This document shows, piece after piece, positions 11,931-25,359 of a stretch of 64,000 nucleotides of DNA. This DNA comes from Mobula birostris. Taxonomy: Eukaryota. The notes under the pieces were generated by a model, which worked only from the letters and a program-made list of their open reading frames with translations, was not told the DNA's origin and did not search any database. Position 1 is the first letter of the stretch, and the number at the start of each line of letters is the position of its first letter. The position numbers and the translations under genes are program-made. The stretch covers positions 62,420,125-62,484,124 of the forward strand of contig NC_092382.1 in NCBI RefSeq assembly GCF_030028105.1. The letters run 5' to 3'.

Positions 11931-12749
11931 ATTTCTCCGTTTCTCCATATAACTGCGGGACAGGAAATGAAAATGTAGTCTGTGATGTTGGGCTAATGTG
12001 ATTAAGCTGGTCATGCCGGATTAAACTAATCCATCTGCCAGCATGTTGCCCATGTCGCTTCCTTCTCTGTGTATTTGTTTGTATAATCCAGAACCTCGTC
12101 AATAGCATTGTTTTACCTGCCTCCGACACCACCCCAGAAACACATTACAGACACCCGTAACTCTCTGCTTTGTTTTATTTTAAACATTCCCCCGCACATC
12201 TCCTTTGAAAGTTTTCCCCTCTCACCTTCATTGCATGTCCTCTGATATTCGGTGTTTTGATGCTGTGAGAAGGATTACAGTTGTCTACTGTATTTATGAC
12301 TCTTATAAGCCTCGCTGCCTCCCTTTGGCGACCGCCATTCTGGAAAAAAAAAATAACACAAGTTCGTGAACATCCTCCTTGTAGATCTCCTCCCTATAAA
12401 CCTCTGCTAACCCTTTTCCAGTGCTTTGGCATCCTTCCTGTAATGGGGCGACCGGAACTAAATACAAACTCCAGATGGAACCTAAGCAGAGATTGATAAA
12501 TCACTTCCTTTATGGCAATAGTGATCGTCTCAGTTCTCCCCTTGGCTTCTGCCACTCCGGAAGAAGCAACCCAAGTTTGTACAATTCCACCTTCTAGATC
12601 TCTTCCTAAAGGTCCTTCTTATAACCTCTTCTATAGCCTTTCCAAATCTTCAGCATCATTCGTAATCCGGGCGAAGGAAGCTGAATGCAATAGTCCAGAT
12701 GCAACCTGACCAGCGCTCTATAGAAAACCAGAGTTTTCTGGTCAAGGAG

Positions 12750-13300
12750 GAATCCACGGGAGTGGGCTGAGTCTGCGCAGTCCCGACAAGCAGCAGGTGT
12801 GAGACCTGCTGGAGAACGACCAGCTGTTTGCTCATCACCGGGCAGCTGGACACAGTGATCAGCAGGAGTGAAGGGCCACGGCACTTCCTCCCTCAAGCAC
12901 AAAGAACTGCAGTCACATCAGAGACTGAGCGGTCCTTTCCCTAATCAATACACAGAGACGGATGCAAGGCCATCATCACCTGCCCCCTCTACGACAATGG
13001 AGACAATCTGTGGGACCAGCATCGCCATCACCACCCCACCCCCCCACCACCACCACCTTCCTCATACAGGGAAACATGGCAGCCCACACTCCTGTAGCCA
13101 CGTCCACACTGACCTTTGCAGAAAGCGTCCTGACCGGATTGATCACGGCTTGGCACAGCAAACTGCTCCTCCTGTGGTTGTAAGAAACTGTCGAGGGTTA
13201 CGAATACAGCTCAGCTCGTCACGGAAACCAGCCTCCTCTCCATGTACTCTGACTTCACTTTCGACTCACTTGGAAAAGCAGTCGGTATAATTAAGGGGCC
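12750..13300 (+). mobile_element. Decayed L2/Rex-like LINE ORF2 C-terminal fragment
   Basis: ESVLTGLITAWHS motif, similar to the better preserved copy at 46588-47150. Confidence 0.5.
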
Positions 13301-13459
13301 AACCCATCACAGACAGCACGGTCTATGTCGTCCATCTATCCTATTCCATTGGTCTTCATCCAATCAGGTCATTGCTGCTCCACTCTGTTTGCAATTCAAT
13401 TCCAGACTTACCACTCCACTACGCATCTAACGACTATGCTGTCTCCCTTTGTTTGGAGT

Positions 13460-14250
13460 ATGAGCATTGCTTCATGAATTCGACCGACTTCGTAAAAGCG
13501 ATTAAAATACATCCAGCTGACCCCGGAAGACACGTCGTTTCCACGTTTCCACGTGGTGGCCCTGCTCACATGAGTTCGCAGTAAGGACAGCTTGGTTCTC
13601 CTGCGGCCAAGCGTTGAGAGAGTCCCAGTGGTCTTTTTGAACACACCCTTACGTCAACGTACTTACTCTGGAAGGGAAACTGTAATGAACAAATTGACGG
13701 AATGACCACGGGATCGCCTTTGACACCGGCGTTTGCTAATTTCTACATGGGGAACATTAAGGAGAGTGTTCTGGCTTCATCGCCCTACCTGGTTCTTCAG
13801 ATACGTCAATTACACTTCTAAGTGAGGCCTCATAGACCCCAGACACTCCAGCCGTTCCAGAGACATCTGAACAGTTATATATCCGAACATTCAACTTCCG
13901 ATGGAGATGGAGGAGAGTGGTTACCTCTTATTCCTGGAGATTCTAACATGACGGAAACCGGTCTGTAGCCTCGGACACAGCGTCCATCGGAAAACCAGTC
14001 GCACGGACTTATACCTCAACAATATCTGCCAGCATCACGCCTCCAAACGTACAGTGTTTCATTATACTTTGATTAATTGTGTGAGAAGTATTTCGGACCA
14101 GAGAGTCCCCACGGGGAAGTAAGACGATTATGCACAACGTTCGAGCAGAATGGTTATAAAATGAAGCAAATCAATTGGCCCGTAGAAAGAAGCCGACTGA
14201 AAATCCAGGAGACCTAACCGTGAGGAGGCAGCCGTCGTCACCACCTGCAT
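13460..14250 (+). mobile_element. Penelope-like element RT fragment (decayed)
   Basis: Frame-hopping motifs EQIDGMTTGSPLTPAFANFYM, FFRYVN, HLNS..PNIQLPMEMEESGYLLFL and SVHRKTSRTDLYLN, typical of PLE reverse transcriptases. Confidence 0.7.
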
Positions 14251-16894
14251 TCGCGTTGTGGCGTCGCCAACCTCGCGGCCTCTCTCCCAGACGAGCTCCA
14301 TCGCTTTTCTGCTAGGATCGATTTCTCTAACTCAGAGCCTCCGAAGAAAGTTACCGGATATAACGTACGTGCAGCCAGATGAGGCTCCAACCAAAATTAT
14401 AATTACAATGTGGATAAGGTGTGGGCAGGAAAATGGATAGGAGATAATTTGGGGAAACTGCTGGGAAATGGGACAAGCTCAGAAAGATTTAGATCAGAAT
14501 GAATTAGTTGGGCCAAAGGGCTTGTGTCCATGCTGTAATCTGTCTTATTCCACCTAGAATCACAGAGTTGAACACAATCATAATGCCTACAGGGAACAGA
14601 GACAGTTGGTCACTGATTGTACCGGGCTTCTATCAGAGCGCCTGGGAACTAAATTTCAGGTCGCAGATAATCACAATAGGGAAATCCTGGGAAAAATACA
14701 GTACCTGCTGTGGCCAGCATTATAGCAAATCACTCTCAGAAATCTACTTCATCCTCCTCACAGAGACATCCTCAGCCTGTCACTAATTTGGAAATCCTAC
14801 GTCTTCTGATGTCTTCGCTCGCCCAGCACCCTAATGTGGATTTGTAAAATTTACTGAAATTTCCTCTCACTGTCTCTGTCGGAAAGGCCACCGTGCATTA
14901 CCAGTGAGGGCAGAGACATGCGGATTTTACTCCACTGACATGTCAAAGTACATTGACAGTAGAACAAAGATAAGCAACACAATCAATGATAGATTTCAAT
15001 TAGTGTTGACAATCACCCAATGTGCAAACGAAAGATCTGCAAACATAGCAAACAAACAAGTACTGTACCTAAATTAATGGGCAGATAAGTAAATATATAA
15101 ATAGTCGAAGGACATGAGAACAAGAGTCAGTGGGTCCTTTGAAGGTTCTGTTCAGTGATCTGTTCAGTGCTGTGGTGAGTGAAGTTATCCACACTGTTTT
15201 AGGATCATGACGGATAAAGGATAATAACTGTCTCTGATCCTGCCGGTGTGAGACCAAAGGCTCCTGTACCTCCTGCCCAACGGCAGCATCGAGGGGAGTG
15301 AATCGCCTGGATGGTGGGGCTGTTGTTGATAGATGCTGCTTTCCTGTGACGGGGTTTCTAGGTGGAGAGGGCGCAATAATGGGGAAGGATTTTCATGTGG
15401 TGGACTGAGCTTTATCCAACACTTCACGCAGGCTTTTCTATTCATGTGTCCATGCCAGACCCTCACGCATCCACGGAGCCTCTTCATGGGTTTGTCTGAA
15501 CTTCTCATGTCACCATGGGCACACACTCTGCCGTCACTTGTTCAAACGCTCACCTCAACCACCGAGACAGTAAACAAGATGAAACACACCACCAATACCC
15601 TCCATATCCACTAATGGGAAGTTTGACAGTGAAATTAGCTTTTTCTGCTCCTTGCGAAGATAAGAACACATGGATAGTGGCTTAATATTGTTCAGCAAAG
15701 GCAAGGCAACCAGTTAATTCTGCTGCAAGGAGAAAAGTCCCAGCCGATCCAGCCTCTCCTGATAACTCAAGCCCTCCAATCCTGGTAATATCCACATGGA
15801 TATTTTCTGTAACCTGACCATCTCAATGACATCCTTCCTGTGCCCCATCTTTCTGTAGAAACAGTTTAACAACAGTCTCAGGGAACTGTGCATCCGTAAC
15901 TTTATTCTGACTACACAACCGCCCCCTCCCCCCGCCATTCTGTAAGATATTTCAGGGCCATAGAAGTTACTGTGCAAGCCGTGCCCAGGTTTAACGTTAC
16001 AACGTGAACCCATTCCTTGGCACACTTTCCACGTTCATCTCAGCCACCTTGTAAACTTATATAACCCACTACATTGTCCATTATACCACCAATTTTGATG
16101 TCACGTGCAGATTTACAAATGAAATTAACAACTTTATCTGCAACATCATTAATACAGATGGTAAACAGTAGCCGTGACACCCATTCACACCACTGGTCAA
16201 GCTAACAATCTGAACAGCATTCCATTATTAACCCTGATTCCTTCCACATGGCCAGCTTCGTAGCCATTTTGCTAGCTCGCCCACCATAAAATGAATCTCA
16301 TATGGTGACATATATTGTCTTTAATAATACATCCACAGTGAACTTTGAACTTTTACCAAATATGAAGATCACTGAATCTGACTGCACAGGTAGACAATGT
16401 GAAGTGGTGATGGTTAACATGTTTACCGTCATTAGCTGCAGCACAGATTCCACACGCAGAGAGGCCTTGTGACAGCTTTATGAACTGTGGGTGGGGCCAG
16501 TTGGATTAGCGTGTGCAATCCTGTAACAATTGCTCAGGAAGGTTGTGTTTGTACTGGACAGGGTGCAGAGAAGATTCAGCAGGGTATTGCTTGGGATTGA
16601 ATATCCCTATTACAAGTGATTGGATAGAATGAGCACATTTTCTGTTTCAGAATCTCAGCACAGACATTGATTATTCATTTTCCTCCATAGCTGCTGCCTG
16701 ACTTGTGATTTCCTCCAGTACTTTGCCAATTAGCCTTCCTAGTTACACTGTACAACTGCGGTGGGATTCATTGTAATCTTACTCAGCAATGACATTACAT
16801 TATACTGATATCCTTCTTTGATTCCACGCTCGTCTCCTCCTGGCTTATATTCCTCAAAGACCCTGTGCTATTTCAGTATCGAAGGATAGATGCA

Positions 16895-17530
16895 TAGAAC
16901 ATAGAACATAGAACAGTACAGCACAGATCACGCCCTTCGGCCCATAATGTTCTGCCGACCCGCAAACCCTGTTTCCCATATAAGCCCCCGCCTTAAATTC
17001 CTCCATATACCTGTCTAGTAGTGTCTTAAACTTCACTAGTGTATCTGCCTCCACCACTGACCCAGGCAGTGCATTCCACGCACCAACCACTCTCTGAGTA
17101 AAAAACTTTCCGCTACCTTAAAGCCATGTCCTCTTGTATTGAGCAGTGGTGCCCTGGGGAAGAGGCGCTGGCTATCCACTCTATCTATTCCTCTTATTAT
17201 CTTGTACACCTCTATCATGTCTCCTCTCATCCTCCTTCTCTCCAAAGAGTAAAGCCGTAGCTCCCTTAATCTCTGATCATAATGCATACTTTCTAAACTA
17301 GGCAGCATCCTGGTAAATCTCCTCTGTACCCTTTCCAATGCTTCCACATCCTTCCTATAGTGAGGTGACCACAACTGGACACAGTACTGCAAGTGTGGCC
17401 TAACCAGAGTTTTACAGAGCTGCATCATTACATCGCGACTCTTAAACTCTATCGCTCGACTTATGAAAGCTAACACCCCATAAGCTTTCTTAACTACCTT
17501 ATCCACCTGTGAGGCAACTTTCAGGATCTT
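16895..17530 (-). mobile_element. 5'-truncated CR1 LINE 3' end
   Basis: VKKAYGVLAFI...LVRPHLQYCVQLWSPHYRKDVEALERVQRRFTRM...RRMRGDMIEVYKI, with an (ATGTTCT)n tail at ~16895-16915. Confidence 0.9.
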
Positions 17531-17819
17531 AAGCATCTTTTGAGAAACCCATGTTCCCCATTAGTCCTCAGTCCAGACATTCACTAAAGAGCTATCTCCT
17601 GCCCATAGGCCATTCGAACTGCTGGCAATGTTCCCGGCTCGGTGACAGAAATAGAATTTGGAAAACACCCCTAATCTCCATTGCAGAGCAGCCCGGAAAT
17701 TAAAAGCTGCTCTTCAAAAATCTGTAGTGCTCAATCCTTCAATCTCCGAATTCATGGAAATAGTCCAATTATCTGGCACTGACTTCTATAAGTGAAAGTT
17801 GCGGGTGACATCCATATCA

Positions 17820-18430
17820 GGGCAACATACACAAAATGATGGAGGAACTCAAAACGCCAGGCAGCATCAATGGAAATGAGTACAGTCGACATTTCGGGCC
17901 GAAACCGTCTGGAGAAAAAAAAAATAAATCTGAGGAGTCAGAGTAAGAAGGTGGAGGTAGGCGAGGAGGACCCACAAGTTGACAGGTGAAACTGAAATGG
18001 GGATGAAGTAAAGAACTGGGAAGTTGTTTAGTGAAAGAGATACAGAGTTGGAGAAGGAGGAATATGATGTGAGCGGACAGAATGCCACGAAAGGAAGAAA
18101 ACGGGGGGGGGGGGCGCGGTGAGTACAAGAGGGAGCTGATGGGAGTGTAAGGAGACAAGGTAAGAGAGTGAAATGGAAATGAGAAATGGTGATGGAGAGA
18201 GAGGGAGGTACTGGGAGATCCAGCTTTTGCTGGCGGTCGGAGCAGAGGAGCTCTGCAAAGTAGTCTCCCAATCTACATTGTGTCTCACCTGGAGGCCACA
18301 CCAGAAGCACCTGAAATAGTAATTGACACCAACAGATGAAATGTGTTGGCGGACACCACTTGTCTTTTCAGCTGCAAGTGCGGAGCAGGGAGTAGTGTTC
18401 GGGGAAGGGATGGATCTTACTGAATGACAT
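17820..18430 (-). mobile_element. Penelope-like element 3' fragment (GIY-YIG remnant plus terminal repeat with a broken hammerhead motif)
   Basis: YYFRCFWCGL and GETQCRLGDYFAELLCS motifs; terminal region homologous to 55073-55200. Confidence 0.7.
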
Positions 18431-18497
18431 GGCGTGCGGGAGGGACACAGTGGCCTGTTTTGTTTTTTGGTGTCTCGGTTAAAAGAAAGGAGTAAAC

Positions 18498-19722
18498 TGT
18501 CATAACGGGGACGCTGGGAGTGGACCCAAATGCAATATACAGACACTAAAGTACCAGGAATAGGACTCGGAGTGACAAGAAAGCAGGGGAAGTGGGGAAG
18601 AAAGGACGCTGGACATGGACACAGGCCCTGGACGAGACAAAGATGCAGGGCCTGGGCTAGGAGTTTGGTTCGGCAAGCGGGACCAGGACAAGGAACTGGA
18701 AACTAGGAGCCTGGGCCTGGACTCCTAGACAGAGACTGGACAGGGACGCAGAACATGGGTCTTGACTAGGGCTCAGATCCCGGAACTAGGCGAGGACATG
18801 ACATGGCTACAGGACTAGACATGGCTTGGGTTCCTCGAGGCGAGGACACGACGAGGCTTGGGTTCCTCCAGGCGAGGACACGACGGGGCTTGGGTTCCTC
18901 GAGGAGAGGACATGACGAGGCTTGGGTTCCTCCAGGCGAGGATACGATGAAGCTTGGGTTTTTCGAGGAGAGGGCATGACGAGGCTTGGGTTCGGACTCC
19001 GAGCCAGAGACTGGACAAGAACGTGGAACCTGGGTCTTGATTCGGGCTCGGACTCCGGAAGTAGGCGAAGACATGACGTGGTCTTGGGAGACAGGACTAG
19101 GCGAGGCTACAGGACAGAACGACAGACTCCTGGGCAAGAGGAGGGAACCCCAGCACAGGACGAAGCACATGGACAGGAAGAGAACACGAGGCCTTGACTT
19201 GGTCGAGTGAGACAGGGACGTAGAGCCTTTGTCGAGGGAGAACAGGAACATGGAACACAGAGCCGGAACCTCTCCTTGGGAACAGGACATGGAGCCGGGA
19301 CTCATACACAGAACACAGAGAGAGAGAGACAGTTCGTAACACAAGGTAGTGGCAAACGGCCGGACCTTCCTAGCGAAGGCGTGGACACAGTGACAGTTCC
19401 AAACAACGATAGGCAGTTCCTTATCTAGTCACAGCAAGGCTCCGGTCTTGCTCCGGCGGTAGAACTTGACAGTGATACAGGCGAGGACGCAGACGAGGTT
19501 GCAGGCAAGTCTTCAGGTAAGGATTCAGGCAGAAGGTGAAGGGAAGGGAAGGGTACAGCCCAGCAACTGAAGCTGAACCCAGGAGCTGTTTATGTAGCCA
19601 GCCGAAGATGAAAATCATGTGCTTCAATTTAGGCACTCAACAGAACAAGGGAAAATCGGAAAATCAACAATAAGGACCGCACCGTGAACCAGAATGCAGA
19701 CTTCAAGGACCGGACCATGACA
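18498..19722. mobile_element. Solo-LTR-like element with internal minisatellite
   Basis: Termini TGTCAT...ATGACA, with a perfect 5-bp TSD TAAAC at 18493-18497 and 19723-19727. Related truncated copy at ~29420-30265. Confidence 0.8.
18823..18992. repeat. 32-bp minisatellite, 5+ copies (GGCTTGGGTTCCTCSAGGMGAGGACAYGACGA)
   Basis: Units start at 18823, 18855, 18887, 18919, 18951 and 18983. Confidence 0.9.
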
Positions 19723-20732
19723 TAAACAGGCCCTGTGAATAAATCAGGCATTCAGTTCGACAAGTTTGAACGACACTGAAGCTGGTTGTTTTGCCTCAGT
19801 AGGCTTTAGACCAGGTGAGAATCAACTTCTCGTGTTCCATGTTAATAACCTGAATAAATCTGTTTTCACGTAATCCCCACATTGTGCGGATGGGATTCCT
19901 GGGTGTCCTGTGGAGTGTTGGTGATAGTAACGCCTCCCTAAAATATGAACCATATTGAGATTTAATTAAAAAGTGAATGTGGGTCATCTGTACACGATTT
20001 AAGGAAATCAATTTGAAAAGTAATGCATCGTGTGCTTATTTATTATTTTTCACAGAAGGTATTCAAATATTTAGGTATTGATCTCTGACTTATGTGAGGG
20101 CTAATTTCTATAAACTGACATATTGCGGGGTAATCTAGAATATAATGTATGCAGGATCGAGAATGGAAGATCGTCTTCTATTGCCAACAGGTGGAGTCGT
20201 CAATTGAGGAGCTATTGATACAGTTAAGGTGCACTGCTGACCACGAAACAAATGGAACAACACAACGTAAGCTAAGATGGCACAGGTAATTTATTTCCAA
20301 AATTTGCATTCTTCTACTAATTATTGAGAAACATTGTTTTCTATTCTCTATTCCTTCTGAAGTTTTTGGAGGCTGTTGTGTCGTATTCGAAAAGTTTTTG
20401 CTCGTCTTTTTCGCTATTTCAGATGATACAGCTTGGCAGCTCGGGAAATACTCTCTGCTGCTTTACAGTGATCCAATGTAGGGTACAGATAGTTTGGTTT
20501 CTTTAGCATTGAAATGACTGTTTTCCAGTCTGTTTTCCATCCGGCCCATTCTAGGCATTCAGACGTTTTATTTCTACGCTGAGCTAATTATTATCAGATG
20601 CGAATGAGACACTTTCTATTACCAGTATGGGGATGTTTTAAATGAGATTTTTTTCCTTATTATCAAACTGAAAGCGCAGATCCTTTACAAGATGTTTCCT
20701 GTTGTAGGACGTGCGCGCGCTGGGACTGAATT

Positions 20733-21664
20733 CTACTTAGGGGAGAGAGCCTTAGATGAACTTACATTTGTCTTGGTCAATGCCCGGATAAGGATCCATG
20801 GAGACAATATCAAAGCCTTTAACTCTCTCCTGAAGTTAGTTTGGGTCGCTGCATAAATACACGTGTTTGTACACGAACTCATGTTCGTGAGCATTACCCC
20901 GGTTTGAGCAGCGATATATCGGGCAGAATAATAGTCGCGATCAGAATACATGGTTAGACTGGCGATAAAATTCGTCACTGTCGACGGCAGCCAGAATATC
21001 ATGAAGCTGCCCGACACACAGAACAGTAACATGATGCCCTTTTTTCTGTTCTCCATTTCCGTGTCACGTTCACTCTTACTCTTATGGATTCGGAAGCCCC
21101 TCCGGGATTTGCTGGCCACCAAGATATGCCTGGCTGTCATCCCATTAAATAGAATTATTAAACCAAATGCGCACAGCAAGTTATGAAAGGATTTGAATTT
21201 GCTGAGAGCGACAAACATTGGAGAGTTGAAGAATTCCAATTTCGGGCGAATACCCCACGAAATATTTCCAATTATTTTTTGAGGCTGAAATGCAAACAAT
21301 AAATGTATATTCTCCAAACAAAGCACTGCCAGTATTACTGCTGCCAGGATTCTGGCAATCTTCACTCTGCAGTATTTTGTTTTAAACTTCCGACAGCATA
21401 TGGCAACATATCGATCACAGGTGAAGGCGACGGTGTACCACAGTGATAGTTCCAGAGTGACTGCCAACACGTAGACCGTGGCTTTAAGGACTCTCGTATA
21501 ATGCAGAAATGAATTTGACAGGCGGAATATTAAAATCTCATAGACAAGGACATTGATGAGAATGACAAATAAATCCGTCACAGCCATCATCGTCATGTAG
21601 GCAGAGATGCATTTGGAAAGACCGCATTTTCCCCGGGAGAGAATAATAACTGTTAACAAATTAG
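20733..21664 (-). CDS. GPR139/GPR142-like GPCR paralog C (divergent), exon 2 (gene join 22930-22861,21664-20733; 333 aa)
   Basis: ANLLTVIILSRGKCGLSKC, TCDRYVAICC, FMIFWLP and SSCTNTCIY motifs. Acceptor ttttttctgttgcag at 21666-21665. Confidence 0.9.
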
Positions 21665-22860
21665 CTGCAACAGAAAAAATCACAACAGAAAAAGACGTCA
21701 CTAAAGAAGGAAGACAATTGAATCTTACAACTTGTTGTTGAAATATGTTCGGATGGATTTCTGTTCAGTCCGTGCACACTGATGGTCTGAGAGTGAGCAC
21801 AGGCAAGACAAAACAGGCACTTCGCAGTGTGATCTTCACCAGCTGGAAACGGGCTGAAAAAATAGCAAGTGCAGTTTACTGGAAGCCTGGGTAATGTGCT
21901 GCCCATCAGGAGGCCAAACCAGGTTACCGTTGCTTGGCGAATGGTAGGGTGTGAGCTTCTCCGTACAAAAGAAAATGAGCTGTAAATACAGATCCGTCAT
22001 TCATTTGAAGTGAAACAATGGGTGACCGGGCGGCACCGTGAACTTTTTGCACATCGCCCATCACAAATCAGGACCTTGAGCACTGCGGTTGTGTTATTGA
22101 GTTAAAGTTATACAATACATAATTGAAACCGAATTCCTTATATTGTTTACATTTCTAGTCACCTTAACGTGAATTGTATCAAAATTACTGACAGAGTTCA
22201 GAATATTTACAAGGATACTGACGGGAATGAGAAATCTTTGTATACATTCGGGGTATAGTTCGTTTAAATGCATTCCAGCATTTTCCCCTCAGGTTGTGTG
22301 AAACTATTTTGAACGGTCACAGGATTAGCGTGAAAGTTGAAATATTTCGGGGTAATCTGAGAGAAGTTATTTACTCAGAGGGTGCTGGGAGAGGGGAAAC
22401 AGCTTCCTGCGGAGCGGACGATGCGGGATCTATTGTACCACGTAAGATAAGTTTGGATAGGGACAAGATGGGAAGGAGGTAGACGAATGTTAGTCAGGTG
22501 CCGGTTCAGAGGACAACAGAGGTACAGGACGCTAAGGCGGGCCGAATGGCCGCTTTTTGTGTTGCAGTACACTTTTACTCTATGACAGGGACGATGAAAA
22601 ATACATTACCTACTGAGCGAAACACTACTGCTATTTCAGGGATGGTATCCCTCCGTTATCTTTGCACCGCACATGAGGAGACGCCTTCATGTGTCCAGAA
22701 GAAAGTCTCAGCGGCCGTGTGGACAGGTAACGATAAGACGCTTACTGAGCAGCTTGTGTAACGGATATATTGTGCTGCATCTTCTGATCATACTTCATAA
22801 AGAAAAACATTGTCCTGCAGAATGCCAATAACTGTTAGACAATGTATTAATACGACTTAC

Positions 22861-22930
22861 CGGGTAAACCAAACACTGCTAGTACAGGGTAACAAACGTC
22901 TTTCATCTGTAGGATCGGCGGTCGACGCAT
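22861..22930 (-). CDS. Paralog C coding exon 1 (MRRPPILQMKDVCYPVLAVFGLP+G)
   Basis: ATG at 22930, 70 nt, donor G|gtaagt, in frame with exon 2. TATAAA at 23004-23009 on minus strand. Confidence 0.88.
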
Positions 22931-24212
22931 TTTCAATTGCTTGAATTATCTCCCGTTGTGTAGTTCACATCGGCTTATGACTTGGATCACGACACCCTGC
23001 TAATTTATAGGAAACACGAATTCTCCGTCATGGGTAAACGGGTTGTGCAATAAATGACGTTACTTGCAGCCAATGAACAAATACGGGTTGATATCCCGCT
23101 CCAGGTCCACCTGGTCTCCAGTTGACAGACTGTGCAGCTGGATCATGAAGCTCCTTCACTCACATTGCACAACACAACAGTGTCACCCCTCCCCCAGGGA
23201 GTGACGTCAGCGCTCCCCTCGCCTGCGGAGAGCATCGCTCCAGGTCCAGCCTTTTGCTGTATCACAGTAATTCAGTGAATAGGTCCTGCTCCGTTCGATA
23301 ACTGCATTTGTTACACAGCCTTTGCTGATTCCTACTGACTATAACATTACCGATGTTGCACTTCTCTTTACATTTCACATAATAATTCTTCAATAACATG
23401 CATCATGATGCGTCAAGTCTAATGTCAATCTATTAGTCTTTCTCTAACCTTATAGTTTGTGATTCCTTCTTGAATGTGACATCATTTAAACCAAACAATT
23501 GATGCAGCGTCCCGGCAATGCTGTAGTGACCCTATTCTAACATTACTAATGATACATCCCGTTATAGCTGGTGGAGATTCACTGTTATATCCAATATAGT
23601 TACTCCAAACAAGCAGATATACATAATCTCCAGCAGGACTGAAAATGCTAATATTGAAGCGTTCAGAGTCGCATGTGCCTCCACATTACTTTGCTGTGGG
23701 TACCAAAGCCGCTTACACCGATGAAACTTTTCATCGGAGAGATTACAAAGTTGCACCTTTACTGGGCAATCGACATTACCAATGAAATAGAAGAGGTTTC
23801 CCGTGAGATTTTCTTTCCATTAGCAGAGATTAGTATGACCAGAATATTCGCTACGATATTCAGGATTTAAAGAGGCATGTGGAAGATTGTCTTACATATT
23901 TTCATCTGTAAAGTCTATGGTCGATAAGGAACTTCCTACATGACGCACTGCTGGGGGTAGGGAGACACCATTTTTTTTTTTGTTATGATCTTATAAAATA
24001 TTATATACAAAGTGACCGGCCAGTGCTGGGACCGGGGATTAATGTGCTTGAGCGGAGCAACGTCGGCGTCTCAGAAGGTGGCAGACTACAAGTGCGAGTA
24101 GTGATGCATATTGAACATTATCCCACTCCTAAAAAGTACATTTTGTAAATTAGATAAATTAGCGCAGTGTGGTAATGAACCACAATGGGTATGTGCGCTA
24201 ACAGTTACTGTA

Positions 24213-25147
24213 TGTAATACGAAGCGAGAGTACGTCAACAACCATGCAGAGCGGCCACTATTAGTGAGACAATGTCCATAGTTCGTTTTTTTTTGTGAGA
24301 ATGATGTCATGGTCTTTTGTAGGTCACCTGATGTGATTTTCCCGCCAATGTGAGGTCACGTGACGACATGTGCACCATGGGTATATAAAGATCGACCCCA
24401 GATGACGCAGTTAGTTTTTAGTTTGTAGATTTCCGGGTAGAACGTTCTGTGTCTCCGTTTCCGTTGCGTGTTTGTTTTTTGGCGCAGTTTCATTTTTAAA
24501 ACGGAGTATTGCGTTCTGTTGCAAGTTGCAATATTAGTGGAATGGAAATTTTTGCTAGATGTGCTGATTTACCCTATTCCAGCAGTAGTAGGGGGAGTGA
24601 AGACTTTATCGAATTACAGGACTCGAAGGATTGAGAGGAGTCGGCATCGTTTGGCAGTTTAATAAAGGATCGACCTTATTGAGTCTTCGTTGAAGGAGTC
24701 GCGACCTGCATCAAGATAACTCTGCCAAAAGAGTAAAGAGTTCATGCAAAGTTTTTCTCTCTTTAAAAACTAAGTTCACTTGTTTTAGACTGTTTATTTA
24801 CTGCATCGTGAATCCTTTGGACAGAATCAGCAGGAAAGTCGCGTCTATGAAGAAATCCTTCTACAGAGAAGTCTCTCCCGATTGAATGCATAAATCTGCT
24901 GGACTTTCGAATTTACCATTTTAAGAACTAAATCTAACTTTATCGCATTAAGAGCTGTTTTCGCATTTAATGTTTTAAGAACCAGTTCCGAGTGACGATT
25001 TAGTGAACGACTGCATAACGGTTAACTTCCGGTTAAATTTTAGTTTGTTTTTTTTTCCCCTTATCCTTTATCCGTGTTTTATAAATGTGTGGTTGTTTTT
25101 ATATAACCTGTCACGATTGATATTCATTGTTGCTGGTTTACGTAACA
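24213..25147 (+). mobile_element. Probable solo LTR
   Basis: TG...CGTAACA termini and internal TATATAAAG. The 3' end TGCTGGTTT..CGTAACA resembles the Gypsy LTR ends at 40988 and 46587. TSD imperfect and left edge approximate. Confidence 0.5.
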
Positions 25148-25359
25148 GTATCTAGGAGTACATAAAAATTAAGTCGATGATGTGTGATATTCTGTTTCCC
25201 TTCGGAGCTGAGGTAAATCAAATGTCAAGTCCATCTCAGTGCCGGGGTTATTTACATTAAGAAAATTTCTCCAAACATATCAGATTGTTTTGTAAATCAG
25301 CACGTTCGCCAATTTGAGCATCAGCACTGAAAATGTCCTTCATCATTCCAGTAGACTCA

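Noticed and set aside
18823-18992. Regular 32-bp repeats superficially like a CRISPR array
   Set aside because: Head-to-tail units without unique spacers, inside an LTR-like element in eukaryotic DNA.
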